Positions 28,429 through 38,396 are shown, counted from the stretch's first letter. The stretch is DNA of 64,000 nucleotides from an uncultured Candidatus Entotheonella sp. (GCA_965217185.1 OZ244252.1:3936001-4000000); one strand, 5' to 3'. The notes: generated by a model not told the origin, from the letters alone. A program made the numbers and translations.

Positions 28429-29457
28429 TCAGCGTAGCGGCATGGCGTACATCAGGCCGCCATGCGTCCACAGGCGGTTGGGACCCGTACGTTGCAAGCC
28501 GATCGGCACCACATTGCGGCGGTAAATCTCGCCGTAGTTGCCCACCGCCTGGATTGCCTGAACCACCCAGGAATTGCTGAGGCCGAGCTTCGTGCCCATG
28601 TCGCCCGAGGTGCCGAGCAGGCGCTGAATCACCGGGTCCTGGCTGCCCATCATGGACGTCACGTTGCCCCGCGTCACGCCCTTCTCCTCCGCCTCGATCA
28701 GCGCGTAGACCAGCCACTTGACGATGGTGAGCCAGTCGTCGTCGCCGCGTCGAACCACCGGGCCCAGGGGCTCCTTGGAGATGGTTTCGGGCAGGATGAG
28801 GTAGTCGTCCGGGTTTGGTGCATCGGAGGATATGATGGCGGCAAGGCCGGAGCGGTCGGTGGTGTAGACTTGGCAACGGCCGTTGAAAAAGGCAGTCTTG
28901 GCTTCTTCCAGGTTCTCGAAGGCGATGGGCTTGAAACGCATGTTGTTGGCGCGGAAGTAGTCAGCGAGGTTGAGCTCCGTGGTGGTGCCGGCCAGCACGC
29001 ACACCTCGGCGCCGGCCAGCTCGCTGGCGCTGTGCACACCGATGTCGCGGGGTACCATGAAGCCCTGGCCGTCGTAGAACGTCACGCCGGCGAACATCAG
29101 GCCGAGGGAGGCATCACGCGTCAGCGTCCAGGTGGTGTTACGGCTGAGCAGGTCGACCTCGCCCGCTTGCAGGGCGGTGAAACGCTCCTGGTTGGAAAGG
29201 GGTACGAAGGTGACTTTGGCGCCGTCGCCGAGCACGGCGGCGGCCAGCGCGCGGCAGAAATCGACGTCGAAGCCGGTCCAGTGGCCGGCGCTGTCGGCGA
29301 TGGCGAAGCCGGCCAAGCCGGTGCTGACGCCGCACCGCACACTGTCGCGCGCCCGGACGGCATCGAGGGTCTCGCCGGCGTGTACGATGCCAGCCAGCGC
29401 TGCCACCGTAAACGGGATGAGCATCAGCAGACAGGCGTGACGGGTCATGTTGCGCAT
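28429..29457 (-). CDS. aapJ: General L-amino acid ABC transporter substrate-binding protein (AapJ/BztA-like), copy 1
   Basis: CGVSTG, DFCRA, RFTALQ.GEVD.LSRNTTWT, FYDGQGF, ISKEPLGP, VGNYGE, GGLMYA. Confidence 0.9.
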   Translation of the reverse strand: MRNMTRHACLLMLIPFTVAALAGIVHAGETLDAVRARDSVRCGVSTGLAGFAIADSAGHWTGFDVDFCRALAAAVLGDGAKVTFVPLSNQERFTALQAGEVDLLSRNTTWTLTRDASLGLMFAGVTFYDGQGFMVPRDIGVHSASELAGAEVCVLAGTTTELNLADYFRANNMRFKPIAFENLEEAKTAFFNGRCQVYTTDRSGLAAIISSDAPNPDDYLILPETISKEPLGPVVRRGDDDWLTIVKWLVYALIEAEEKGVTRGNVTSMMGSQDPVIQRLLGTSGDMGTKLGLSNSWVVQAIQAVGNYGEIYRRNVVPIGLQRTGPNRLWTHGGLMYAMPLR

Positions 29458-29699
29458 TTGCAATCCCTCCCAAGGGTGTTATTCGGCTTATGGGGTTTAC
29501 AGTTCCGGGGCGTTAGGCACCAAGCTTGCTGTGGTTGGTTTGTAGTCCCAGGATACAGGGAAGATTTTACGAGATTAGGGCACCCGTGTCCGCAGATGCT
29601 ACGAGAGCAGGGTGGCAGGCGCTTCACGACCCACGTCCAGCCCGGTTGATGACCGCACGGCATTGAGGGGCACCTCTCGCGAATAAGTCGAAAACCCCT

Positions 29700-30563
29700 T
29701 CAACCGACCCCGTGGCTGCCGCCGTACCCGTTGCTCGACAACGGCTGCCAGCTCGCCAGATGCTCTGCCCGCGGGCGGTGGATTTCGACGTGCAGCGGGT
29801 GGCACGTCATAGCATCGCTGGAGTGGCCAGACCCGCAATCGCCGCCCGGACAACTGGACAACGCCGCCAGCAGATCGATCTCGGCGAACAGCTCGATGAA
29901 ATCCCCCACCCGCGAAGGACTCGCCTTCATAAAGTACTGGTTGGTGTCGCGCGTGTAGCCGGTACACATGAAGACATTGACCACGTCGTGCACGTGCGTC
30001 TCGGCCTCGGCGAGTGGCAGGTTCCTCGCCGCGGCCAGGGCTCGAGTGAGATTCGAATGGCAGCAATAATGGTAATTGCCGCCCGTCAGCAGAAAGTTCG
30101 TGTAGGGATCGCAGCGGGTGCCGATGACGTCATGCACGCCGGCACCGAACGCGTCGATGCCGTACCAGTCCAGGGTGTCGTGGGTGATGGTCGCCATCGG
30201 GCGCAGCCATGGAAAGGTGCTCCACAACCGGTCGCCGGTGCTGACGTGGGTGGCGTGCAGGGCACGGGTCTTGCCGCTGTAGAAGCGCTCGCGGAGGTCG
30301 GAGGCGTTCCACAGGTTCAGGTCGCCGACCTGCGAGCCTTCGCTGGTGACGATGCGAAACAGATGTCCGGCCGGGACCTCGAATGCCCGTGCATCGCGAG
30401 GCGGCACGGTCAACGCCTCCACCAGGGTGAGATCGCTTCGAACCGTCTCGTAGAACGTCCGATCGAACGGTGGCAGTCTGTCCAGGGTGTAGACCGTCAC
30501 GGGTTCGATCGCCCGCCGGGCAGCCGCGTCGGCAGGCTCGGGATTCTGCGCTGCAATTGCCAT
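29700..30563 (-). CDS. Urea carboxylase-associated family protein (DUF1989)
   Basis: GSQVGDLNLWN, HDVIGTRC, CCHSNL, VHDVVNVFM, LSSCPGGD. Confidence 0.88.
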   Translation of the reverse strand: MAIAAQNPEPADAAARRAIEPVTVYTLDRLPPFDRTFYETVRSDLTLVEALTVPPRDARAFEVPAGHLFRIVTSEGSQVGDLNLWNASDLRERFYSGKTRALHATHVSTGDRLWSTFPWLRPMATITHDTLDWYGIDAFGAGVHDVIGTRCDPYTNFLLTGGNYHYCCHSNLTRALAAARNLPLAEAETHVHDVVNVFMCTGYTRDTNQYFMKASPSRVGDFIELFAEIDLLAALSSCPGGDCGSGHSSDAMTCHPLHVEIHRPRAEHLASWQPLSSNGYGGSHGVG

Positions 30564-31011
30564 GGTTTGCTCCGGTTGCTCGATGTAGCCCGCGCGGGGG
30601 CACGGTCCAGGTTCGGACGCCCTGTCCTGGATACCTTCAGTCCTTGATGCCGCGGCTCGAACTTCTCTTACCCACACGGATCCGTACTCCCGTCCCCACT
30701 TTTTGGTACTCTCCTACTATGAGTGATAGTCATGCTCACCGGCAAGCGTGTGATTCCGTCGGGCCGGTTCTGGCAATGCTGAAAGGCCGCTTTCGGTCGG
30801 TTGACGCTGATCCCGGGCTGACAGTGCTTGTGCAGGTCAGTTGTCACCCAAGTGTATCTTCATTCCGGCGTACCGGCAGCCGCGTCAGGCGTCGTTCAGG
30901 GGCTTTGAGTTGAGGCGTGTTGCCGTAGCGTTGCATCATCCAGCTGAAACCGGTCAACATGGCAACAGGGCAATTCACAAACACCCGCCAAGAAAGCACG
31001 AGGTACAGGAC

Positions 31012-31395
31012 ATGTCGAGAACACTGATTTCCTCCGGGTCGACATTTGAAAAAACGGCCGGATATTCCCGTGCTGTTGTTCAGGGAGAGTGGTGTTTCGT
31101 CTCGGGAACAACCGGCTATGACTATCACTCGATGCAAATCCCCACCGGCCTGGAAGACCAGATTGCCAATTGCTTCAAGACGATAGGTGCGGTGCTGGAC
31201 GAGGCAGGTTTTTCGCTTGACGATGTCGTGCGCGTCACCTACATAGTTTCCGACCGCGGCCTGGTTCCCCGAGCGCTGGCGTGTGTCGGCAGCTATTTCC
31301 GCGACATTCGTCCTGCGGCGACGATGATGATAGCAGGCTTGATCGAAGAGGCGATGAAGATCGAGATCGAACTGACGGCACTTCGCCAAAGTTGA
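31012..31395 (+). CDS. RidA/YjgF/UK114 family protein
   Basis: GYSRAV, VSGTTG, DDVVRV, RPAATM, KIEIE. Confidence 0.92.
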   Translation: MSRTLISSGSTFEKTAGYSRAVVQGEWCFVSGTTGYDYHSMQIPTGLEDQIANCFKTIGAVLDEAGFSLDDVVRVTYIVSDRGLVPRALACVGSYFRDIRPAATMMIAGLIEEAMKIEIELTALRQS

Positions 31396-31474
31396 CCCAT
31401 CCCCGCGATGCCATCCGGCCCAAGACGAGCCGGCAACGTAAGTCCAAGCATTTGCCAAGCTGAGGACAAAGGCA

Positions 31475-32299
31475 ATGAGATTCTTGAAGAATGTGGGTAA
31501 GCACGGGCTACTGGGATTGTGCATCGTCATCGGGACCACCGTATGCAGTAACACACGCGAGATGTCTCGGGCTGATACTGAGCGAGACGCGACAGCACCG
31601 GCGATGGAATCAATGCCAATCGGATGCAGCCGCGGACACGACATCAAGCCCGGAGATACATGCGCGTGGACGATCGAGGGAGAGGAGGTCGAAATTCATG
31701 CCGCGATGGACGGCTGCGCTCAGGTGAGCTTGAGGAAGGTTGGGCAACGCGATCCCGAGTCTGGGCCTCGGCTGTGTCCGGGCGGCCCGGACTATTCCAA
31801 GCGCGGTCTTTCTGAAGCGCACGCCGGCGAGACGATTGTCGCGTCAGTAATGGACGCCCCGATGTGTGGGATGAGCTCGATCTCAGGCCTCAGTCTCGAC
31901 TTCAATGGTACCGATATCCACATATGGCCGGGACTGGACCTGAAACAACTGGTCGTGCACTGGAACGGCGCGCACTGGTCCGTGCAGGAGACGCCGAGCC
32001 AAGCATGGATCCATCCGAGGGGTGTTGACGACGTGCCTGCCTGCCAGCCCGGACAGCGCCTGAGATCGAATGACATCTGCCGGTATGGAGGCCACGTTGC
32101 CGTGATCGGCCGCCAGGGCAACCGGGTCGACGTGTGGGCAAACGGCAAGGATCAGCCAGAGAGGTGGGTGGTAGACCCGAATGGGTCCTGCTACGTCCTT
32201 GCGTCCATGAGCGCTCGTTCCTTTTCGTCGCTCGCGTTCGCGGGTCTCCGCCTGATTTGGGATGGAGCGGAAAATACGTGGACAGTCGTCGCGCCGTGA
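31475..32299 (+). CDS. Hypothetical secreted Cys-rich protein with two similar halves
   Basis: Signal-like N-terminus; C.xG..I/L...D.C recurs (CSRGHDIKPGDTC, CQPGQRLRSNDIC), and both halves end in W.G..W.V. Confidence 0.6.
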   Translation: MRFLKNVGKHGLLGLCIVIGTTVCSNTREMSRADTERDATAPAMESMPIGCSRGHDIKPGDTCAWTIEGEEVEIHAAMDGCAQVSLRKVGQRDPESGPRLCPGGPDYSKRGLSEAHAGETIVASVMDAPMCGMSSISGLSLDFNGTDIHIWPGLDLKQLVVHWNGAHWSVQETPSQAWIHPRGVDDVPACQPGQRLRSNDICRYGGHVAVIGRQGNRVDVWANGKDQPERWVVDPNGSCYVLASMSARSFSSLAFAGLRLIWDGAENTWTVVAP

Positions 32300-32649
32300 T
32301 CGACCGGATGGTGACCAGTTCGGTCTGCCGATCCCAGCACCCCGGGGTTGTCGGGAAGCTTTTCCGCGACAAGGTGGGTGTGGAGGCGTATTGCAGCACG
32401 TCACGACAAAGAAGTGTTATTCGTGGACGGTTCTAACCACTCAGGTCCGATGCACGGAAGACCGCGGGACTGCGGAAAGAGGACCTCGATCCTCAAAGTG
32501 TCGTTCCGCCCTTTTCCGCAACCGACCCCAGAAAGCACGCGGTGGACACCCATAAAATGCGATTGCCATGGCTAGGCTTGTGGAATCCGGAGTATCGCAC
32601 GGAAGCAGTCCGAAGAGCGGTGAAACGCAAACCACACCTTGGCACGGCG

Positions 32650-33426
32650 ATGCGGCGCGGCCTGGCGGCGGCGTTGACCGTAGCCGCGACCCTGATGGGA
32701 TGCGAGGCCGTGGGCGCGGGCGATTTGTATCTGCGGGGCGGCCTCGGTCTCGACCGTCCGGCCGAAACCCGGTTCACGGATCGGGACTGTTCGAGCACGT
32801 CTCCGGCGGCGCTGTATGGCTGTGGCCGGGACGGCGATGGCGCGCCCTATCGCTCGGTCGGGGATTTCGGGAATGTGCCCGTCCTCGAAATTGGCCTCGG
32901 CTACACCGCCGCTCCCGCGCTGCGGCTGGAGGCACTGGCAGAGTACCGCCCACGCCTCGCCTTCGAGGGCCGCGCCAATTTCCTCGAGCCCGAACGCCGG
33001 CAATCGGTTGTCACGGAGCTGTCAACCTTGTCCGGCATGCTGGCGGCCTATGTTGATCTGGCTGCGCTCGGCGTTCCCGAACTGGGCTCCTTCGGGCCGT
33101 TCATCGGAGGCGGCGTGGGCATCGTCCGCACCCGAATCGGCGAAACCCGCATGACCTTTCCAAAGACGACGACAATTGTCCCGGGCGCAAGCCGAACCGA
33201 TGCCGCCTGGATGCTGACGGCGGGGGTCGCGCTGGCGCTGAACGAAAGCCTGACGCTCGATCTCGCCTGGCGGTACACCGACCTCGGCGAGGTCCGCACC
33301 GGCCGGGGCGCAGGACGGGTGGTCTGGCGCGACGGGAGTCGCGAGCCCCTACCGCTCGATCTCGCCGCGACGCGGGCGAGGCTCGGGGGCCACGGGCTGC
33401 GGCTTTCCTTGCGCTATGCCTTCTGA
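32650..33426 (+). CDS. Outer-membrane beta-barrel protein (opacity/OmpA-like)
   Basis: Signal peptide, LYLRGGLG, GPFIGGGVG, AWMLTAGV, LDLAWRYTDLG, terminal LRYAF. Confidence 0.85.
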   Translation: MRRGLAAALTVAATLMGCEAVGAGDLYLRGGLGLDRPAETRFTDRDCSSTSPAALYGCGRDGDGAPYRSVGDFGNVPVLEIGLGYTAAPALRLEALAEYRPRLAFEGRANFLEPERRQSVVTELSTLSGMLAAYVDLAALGVPELGSFGPFIGGGVGIVRTRIGETRMTFPKTTTIVPGASRTDAAWMLTAGVALALNESLTLDLAWRYTDLGEVRTGRGAGRVVWRDGSREPLPLDLAATRARLGGHGLRLSLRYAF

Positions 33427-33993
33427 GACGAAGGACGGGACGGATGGAGATCGACCGGACGCTGTTCATGATGGCCTCCGGCCGCGATGTCGACTACCAG
33501 GGGCGTCATCGCAAGATTTGTACCCAGAATTCCCCTTCAGAGGGCAGTACGACGCGACAAGGGGCAAAAACGGCCCCCCTATGGGGAATATCCGCCGACT
33601 TTGGCCCCAGGAATTCGGTCAGGTCTTCGCCTCCAGAGAGGCAACCCCGGCCTTTTGTCCCTGTCGTCCCAAATTGCCCCGCCTCACTCCGCCCGGGCAG
33701 CTTGTGAGGGCCCCCTGAGGGCCTGCAATCCGGACCGCGGCAGCTCCGCTTTCAGCGCTTTTCGCCGATGAATCTCCCACTTACACCCCACCCAGGGCCT
33801 GATAGTCGTCCTTTCATGCCTTTTCCGTCCCACCCTTTTGAGGCAAGGTCTACGTCGTTACTAAGGGTGGAGATTTTGCGGTGGGACGTCAATCGCGACT
33901 GCCGTTTGGTCCAGCAACGGCGCGGATCTAAAGTTAACAGAATGAAGGCCTATGCGAAGTTGTTTGCACCAACTTGGACGGCACCTTCAGAGG

Positions 33994-34617
33994 CTACCAA
34001 CGCCCAGGCTTCCTGATATTGGTGCCGGGAATCGGGCTTGGCAGTTGCGAGTTCTGCAAGGCAGTCGGCCTGGTGTGTCTTGAGAAATCCGCATGTGTCA
34101 TGAGCTGGCGAGACGGCCTCCCAGTCCCCGGCGTTATCAGCCCGACCAGCTTGCCATGGCGGTGCCTGACGAGTCGCATTGCTTCGGCAATATCGCTGTC
34201 GTTGCTGACTACTACCGCGCAATCGTAGGCGTCCAGCCAGTTGTCGTTCAGGAGATGCACGGCGAGATTGACGTCCGAGCCTTTTTCCTCGGTCCTGATC
34301 ACCTGTTCCGTACGCCGGTTCCCGACCGGCCGCACGAGCGGCACTCGGACCGAATGGCTCAGAAAATGCCCAAAATACACCTCGACCTCGGGTCGGTAGT
34401 GGCGAAGGGCGCGGAGATACACATCTTGCCGTTGAGGCTTCGATTGGTCGGCGGGTGTGCCTGACACTCTCACCGTGAAGTACTTGACGGTCAGGATATC
34501 GTGGTGGGGTTGCAGGACTTTCGCGAACAGGGCGGGCAGGTCCAGCCATTTCCAGGCGGTTCCCTTGAGCGCTCCGTAGTAGAGATTGAACCCGTCTACG
34601 TAGATGAAGGTACGCAT
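33994..34617 (-). CDS. NYN-domain (PIN-like, LabA/DUF88) ribonuclease
   Basis: Acidic catalytic motifs IYVDGFNLY, EEKGSDVNLA, VVSNDSD. Confidence 0.92.
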   Translation of the reverse strand: MRTFIYVDGFNLYYGALKGTAWKWLDLPALFAKVLQPHHDILTVKYFTVRVSGTPADQSKPQRQDVYLRALRHYRPEVEVYFGHFLSHSVRVPLVRPVGNRRTEQVIRTEEKGSDVNLAVHLLNDNWLDAYDCAVVVSNDSDIAEAMRLVRHRHGKLVGLITPGTGRPSRQLMTHADFSRHTRPTALQNSQLPSPIPGTNIRKPGRW

Positions 34618-34628
34618 CAATTCCCGCC

Positions 34629-34660
34629 AAAAAAAGCAGGGGCCTCCGAAGAGGCCCCGC
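34629..34660 (-). terminator. Intrinsic terminator in the leader of the NYN gene
   Basis: Minus strand GCGGGGCCTC-TTCG-GAGGCCCCTGC followed by T7, ending 11 nt before the ATG. Confidence 0.85.
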
Positions 34661-34689
34661 GCCCTGCGGTCGAAACCACAAGGGGTGTT
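34629..34689 (-). ncRNA. Candidate ~60-nt structured leader/small RNA with two UUCG hairpins
   Basis: Hairpin CCCTTGTGGT-TTCG-ACCGCAGGG (34684-34662) plus the terminator hairpin, lying between a promoter and the NYN gene. Confidence 0.6.
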
Positions 34690-34695
34690 GCCGGT

Positions 34696-34724
34696 AATCT
34701 AGGTGATATGGCAATCAAGGTCAA
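34696..34724 (-). promoter_or_regulatory. Sigma70-like promoter for the leader RNA/NYN gene
   Basis: Minus strand TTGACC (34724-34719), N17, TAGATT (34701-34696). Confidence 0.7.
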
Positions 34725-35099
34725 GTACGCTTGCCGCACGTTGAATGGCATTGCACATGCTCATCTCGCGTTTATTCTTCAGCCGCCAGTGATCCGCGGT
34801 CGATTCTGGCGGCACCAAGTAGCGGCAGAAAGTCGGCCTGGAAATCCCCCAACGTCGTGCAACTCTGGTGGATGCTCAGGCCGCTGTCTTGGTGCAGACG
34901 TTTGGCGATTAGAGAAGCACCAAAAAGTGTGAGGCAATCAGGCAGCGCACGGTTCAGCTTCAACCGATCTGGCCCCGGCCTTCAGCCGGATACCACTGCT
35001 CGAACTTCCCCGCAGCGTACCGTCAAGGGTTCGCGTCCGGACTTGCAGCATGAGATACGCCCCACAGTTTTTGGTGCTCTCTTGGGGACGAAGTAGGCC

Positions 35100-35201
35100 C
35101 CGGTGCCGATGACCAGCAAGCGCGACCGCCTGATACAGCGCCAGGCGGAAGCGCTGGTTGCGCCAGAAAGCGACGGGAGCGGGTGTCGTCGGGGATACCA
35201 T
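35100..35201 (-). pseudogene. 5' stub of an amino acid ABC permease (AapQ-like)
   Basis: MVSPTTPAPVAFWRNQRFRLALYQAVAL directly after aapJ copy 2, then similarity is lost. Confidence 0.55.
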
Positions 35202-35236
35202 TGGGATGTGATTCCCGGGGCGAAAGCGAGCCGGTT

Positions 35237-36259
35237 TCAGCGCAGCGGCATCGCGTACATCAGGCCGCCGTTCGTCCACAGGCGGTTGGAACCCACGCGC
35301 GGCAAGCCGATGGGGACCACGTTGCGGTCGTAAATCTCGCCGTAGTTGCCAACGGCCTGGATCGCCTGAACCGCCCAGGCGTTGTTCAAGCCCAGCTTCT
35401 GGCCCATGTCGCCCGAGGTGCCGAGCAGGCGCTGAATCACCGGGTCCTGGCTGTCCATCATGGCCGCCACGTTGGCCTGCGTAACGCCCTTTTCTTCCGC
35501 CTCGATGAGCGCGTAAACCATCCACTTGACGATGGTGAACCAAGCATCGTCACCGCGCCGCACCACGGGTCCCAGCGGTTCTTTGGAGATGATCTCGGGC
35601 AGGATGACGTAATCGTCGGGGTTCGGCGCATCGGATGCCAGTATGGCGGCGAGGCCCGAGCGGTCGGTGGTGTAGACCTGGCAGCGGCCATTTAAGAAGG
35701 CGTTAACGGATTCTTCCAGGCTTTCGAAGACGACCGGCTTGAAGTTCATGCCGTTGGCGCGGAAGTAATCGGCCAGATTCAGTTCCGTTGTCGTACCGGT
35801 CAGCACGCACACCTCGGCGCCGTCGAGCTCCGTGGCACTCTGCACACCGAGGTCGGCGGGTACCATGAAGCCCTGGCCGTCGTAAAACGTCACGCCGGCG
35901 AACACCAAGCCGAGGGAGGCGTCGCGGGTCAGCGTCCAGGTGGTATTGCGGCTGAGCAGGTCGACCTCGCCCGATTGCAGGGCAGTGAAGCGCTGCTGGG
36001 GAGAGAGGGGCACGTAGGTGACCTTGGCGCCGTCACCGAGCACGGCGGCGGCCAGCCCGCGGCAGAAATCGGCGTCGAGGCCGGTCCAGTGACCGGTGGT
36101 GTCGGCGATGGCAAAGCCGGCCACGCCGGTGCTGACGCCGCACCGCACGCTGTCGCGCGCCCGGACGGCATCGAGGACATCGCCGGCGTGTGCCGTGCCG
36201 GCCAGCACGGCCACCGTGAACGCGATGGACAGACAGATATAGCGGGTCATGTTGCGCAT
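35237..36259 (-). CDS. aapJ: General L-amino acid ABC transporter substrate-binding protein (AapJ/BztA-like), copy 2
   Basis: Same motifs as copy 1, with long stretches of shared nucleotide sequence. Confidence 0.9.
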   Translation of the reverse strand: MRNMTRYICLSIAFTVAVLAGTAHAGDVLDAVRARDSVRCGVSTGVAGFAIADTTGHWTGLDADFCRGLAAAVLGDGAKVTYVPLSPQQRFTALQSGEVDLLSRNTTWTLTRDASLGLVFAGVTFYDGQGFMVPADLGVQSATELDGAEVCVLTGTTTELNLADYFRANGMNFKPVVFESLEESVNAFLNGRCQVYTTDRSGLAAILASDAPNPDDYVILPEIISKEPLGPVVRRGDDAWFTIVKWMVYALIEAEEKGVTQANVAAMMDSQDPVIQRLLGTSGDMGQKLGLNNAWAVQAIQAVGNYGEIYDRNVVPIGLPRVGSNRLWTNGGLMYAMPLR

Positions 36260-36836
36260 TGCAGTTCCTCTTTGAGTGTCGGTTCGGGTTGTGGAGTTCA
36301 TACAACCGGACTCCGTAGAACTTATCCAGACTAAAGGAAGGTGGGGGGGAAATAAATTGCTAAGAGTCCGTCCCGGAAGTCGAGAATGTGCTCCGCCGTC
36401 ACCTGCCTGTTCGTCACGTCGAGGACGCGTTCGCAGAGCGTTGCCTTGTCGACAACGCCCGGCTCGCTAAACCGAAACGTCAGGTAGAACGGCGCGCCGT
36501 CGTGCGGCGCCGCGCGAACGAAACGCCCGTGCGCGGGGTGCTTTGGAAGGGTCACCTCCAAGCGGCCCGTCTCGCCGCCGGAAACAGCTACCCCCCATCC
36601 GCAATCGACCCCGTGCTGGTCTGCGCCACGCACTTTCCGGAGCCGTCGTTCGGTCGTATCGTGCGGCGCGACAACGCCTTTTGGTTCGAGTACGAGGAGA
36701 GGAATAGCGGACGAGACAGATATTCCCCTTTCCAACTGTGTTCCGGATGCGACCTCCCAGCAGGAATTTCAGGCACCACCGCAAGGTACTGCTGAGCGGC
36801 TTTGGAGCCTGCTGCGTGAGCCTGCTGAAGGTCGTC

Positions 36837-38273
36837 TCACGGGGTAAGCGTCCGGGCAATACGGAAACCGATCTTGAGGTCGCGGATACTGGAGTCGTTC
36901 TTGCCGCGGTCTGCGGAGCGCAGGAGCCACGGCACGTCACCCCAGGAGCCGCCACGCAACACGCGCCGCTCACATTCTCCAGTCTCCCAAGCTCGGCTAT
37001 CCGTTGGGGCACCCGTATAACTGTCATTCCAGCAGTCCTGCGTCCACTCCCATACGTTGCCATGAACTTCATGGAGGCCAAAGGCATTCGGCGCAAGCGT
37101 ACCCACTTGTACCGTTTGTCCCCGATACCGGCCCTTCTGCCCGGAACCATAGGTGTAGCTGCTATCATAGTTCGCCTGGTCGGAGGAAATCGTCGAGCCC
37201 GTGTGAAATGGACCCGTCGTTCCTGCTCGCGCCACATACTCCCACTCTGATTCGCTCAACAACCGATAGTGCTTTCCTGTCCGCTGTGACAGCCACTTCA
37301 CGTACGCTCGAGCGTCACCCCAACTGACGTTGATCACGGGACGACCGCCGCGCCCCCAGCCCCAGCCATCCGGACGATAACCATTGCAACCTCCTTCGCT
37401 TACGCAGGCGTCCCACTCCCGAAAGGTCACCTCGTACACGCCAACCGCAACCGGTTCAGCGATCGTCACCCGACGCTGCGGACCTTCATTATTGAAGCGG
37501 CCCCACTCGGAAGCTGGCGAACCCATCATGAACGACCCCGCCGGCACTACCACCAGATCCGGACACGCCTCACAGTCGCGTATGCGAGTCCCAGGCTGTC
37601 CTTCACGTCTCTGACGGTCGGCCTCCGCTCGGGCGCGCGCTTCCGCTTCACGCTGTTGTCTCTGTCTCTCACGATCCGATTCTGCCTCGGTTTGACGGTC
37701 TGGGTCCTGAGCCTCAAGCTCACCCCTCGCCGCCGCCTCACGCTCGGGTTTCGTGCCAAGCGCAAGCAGCGACTTGGCAGCTTCAGCGTCCAAGTAGCCC
37801 GTTGGCTCTTCACCACGTGCGGCTTGCCACTGGCCAATCGCCGCCCGCGTCCGTCGGCCAAACACGCCATCTGCCGGGCCAGGAGCAAATCCTTCCGCGG
37901 TAAGAGCTGACTGAATCAGACGACGATCTGCACGGGTCAAAGCCAGCGCGGCCTCTACCGCCTCCGGCATCACTGTTACTTCCGGTATCTGTGGCGGTCG
38001 CGCAAGCAGCAACCTGGCGGCCTCAGCGTCCAGATAGCCCGTTGGCTCCTCACCACGTGCGGCTTGCCACTGGCCAATCGCCGCCCGCGTCCGTCGGCCA
38101 AACACGCCGTCTACCGGGCCAGGGTCAAATCCTTCCGCTGCAAGACTTGACTGAATCAGACGCCGGTCGGCGCGGGTCAAACCCAGCGCGGCCTCTAGAA
38201 CAGCGTGATCTTCGGCCCATGCACCGCTCACAAACAACACCAACAACAGAACGAGAGAGACGCCTATACGCAT
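36837..38273 (-). CDS. Secreted protein: two peptidoglycan-binding repeats, coiled coil, FGE-sulfatase (SUMF1) domain
   Basis: Signal peptide; twice IQS.L.AEGF.PGP.DGVFGRRTRAAI..WQ...TGYLD; F.MGS, YEVT, P.INVSW.DA, YRLLSESEWEY, GNVWEW, RGGSW, GFR. Confidence 0.92.
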   Translation of the reverse strand: MRIGVSLVLLLVLFVSGAWAEDHAVLEAALGLTRADRRLIQSSLAAEGFDPGPVDGVFGRRTRAAIGQWQAARGEEPTGYLDAEAARLLLARPPQIPEVTVMPEAVEAALALTRADRRLIQSALTAEGFAPGPADGVFGRRTRAAIGQWQAARGEEPTGYLDAEAAKSLLALGTKPEREAAARGELEAQDPDRQTEAESDRERQRQQREAEARARAEADRQRREGQPGTRIRDCEACPDLVVVPAGSFMMGSPASEWGRFNNEGPQRRVTIAEPVAVGVYEVTFREWDACVSEGGCNGYRPDGWGWGRGGRPVINVSWGDARAYVKWLSQRTGKHYRLLSESEWEYVARAGTTGPFHTGSTISSDQANYDSSYTYGSGQKGRYRGQTVQVGTLAPNAFGLHEVHGNVWEWTQDCWNDSYTGAPTDSRAWETGECERRVLRGGSWGDVPWLLRSADRGKNDSSIRDLKIGFRIARTLTP

Positions 38274-38396
38274 GACGCTTGCTTCCTCCAGGTTTGGGTT
38301 TGATCTCGAAGCCCATCGCAAACAGCAAAAATGCCACGCCTAAGTCTGAAGGTAACCCCAGTCCGCGAGTCGCGATAATGTTGCGCAGAATAGGTG

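Noticed and set aside
30564..30800. Guanidine riboswitch upstream of the DUF1989 gene
   Set aside because: I could not find the conserved ykkC/mini-ykkC sequence elements by eye; an Rfam scan would settle it.
36331..36800. Overlapping ~135-aa ORFs on both strands between aapJ2 and the FGE gene
   Set aside because: Cannot tell which, if any, is real; no family features.
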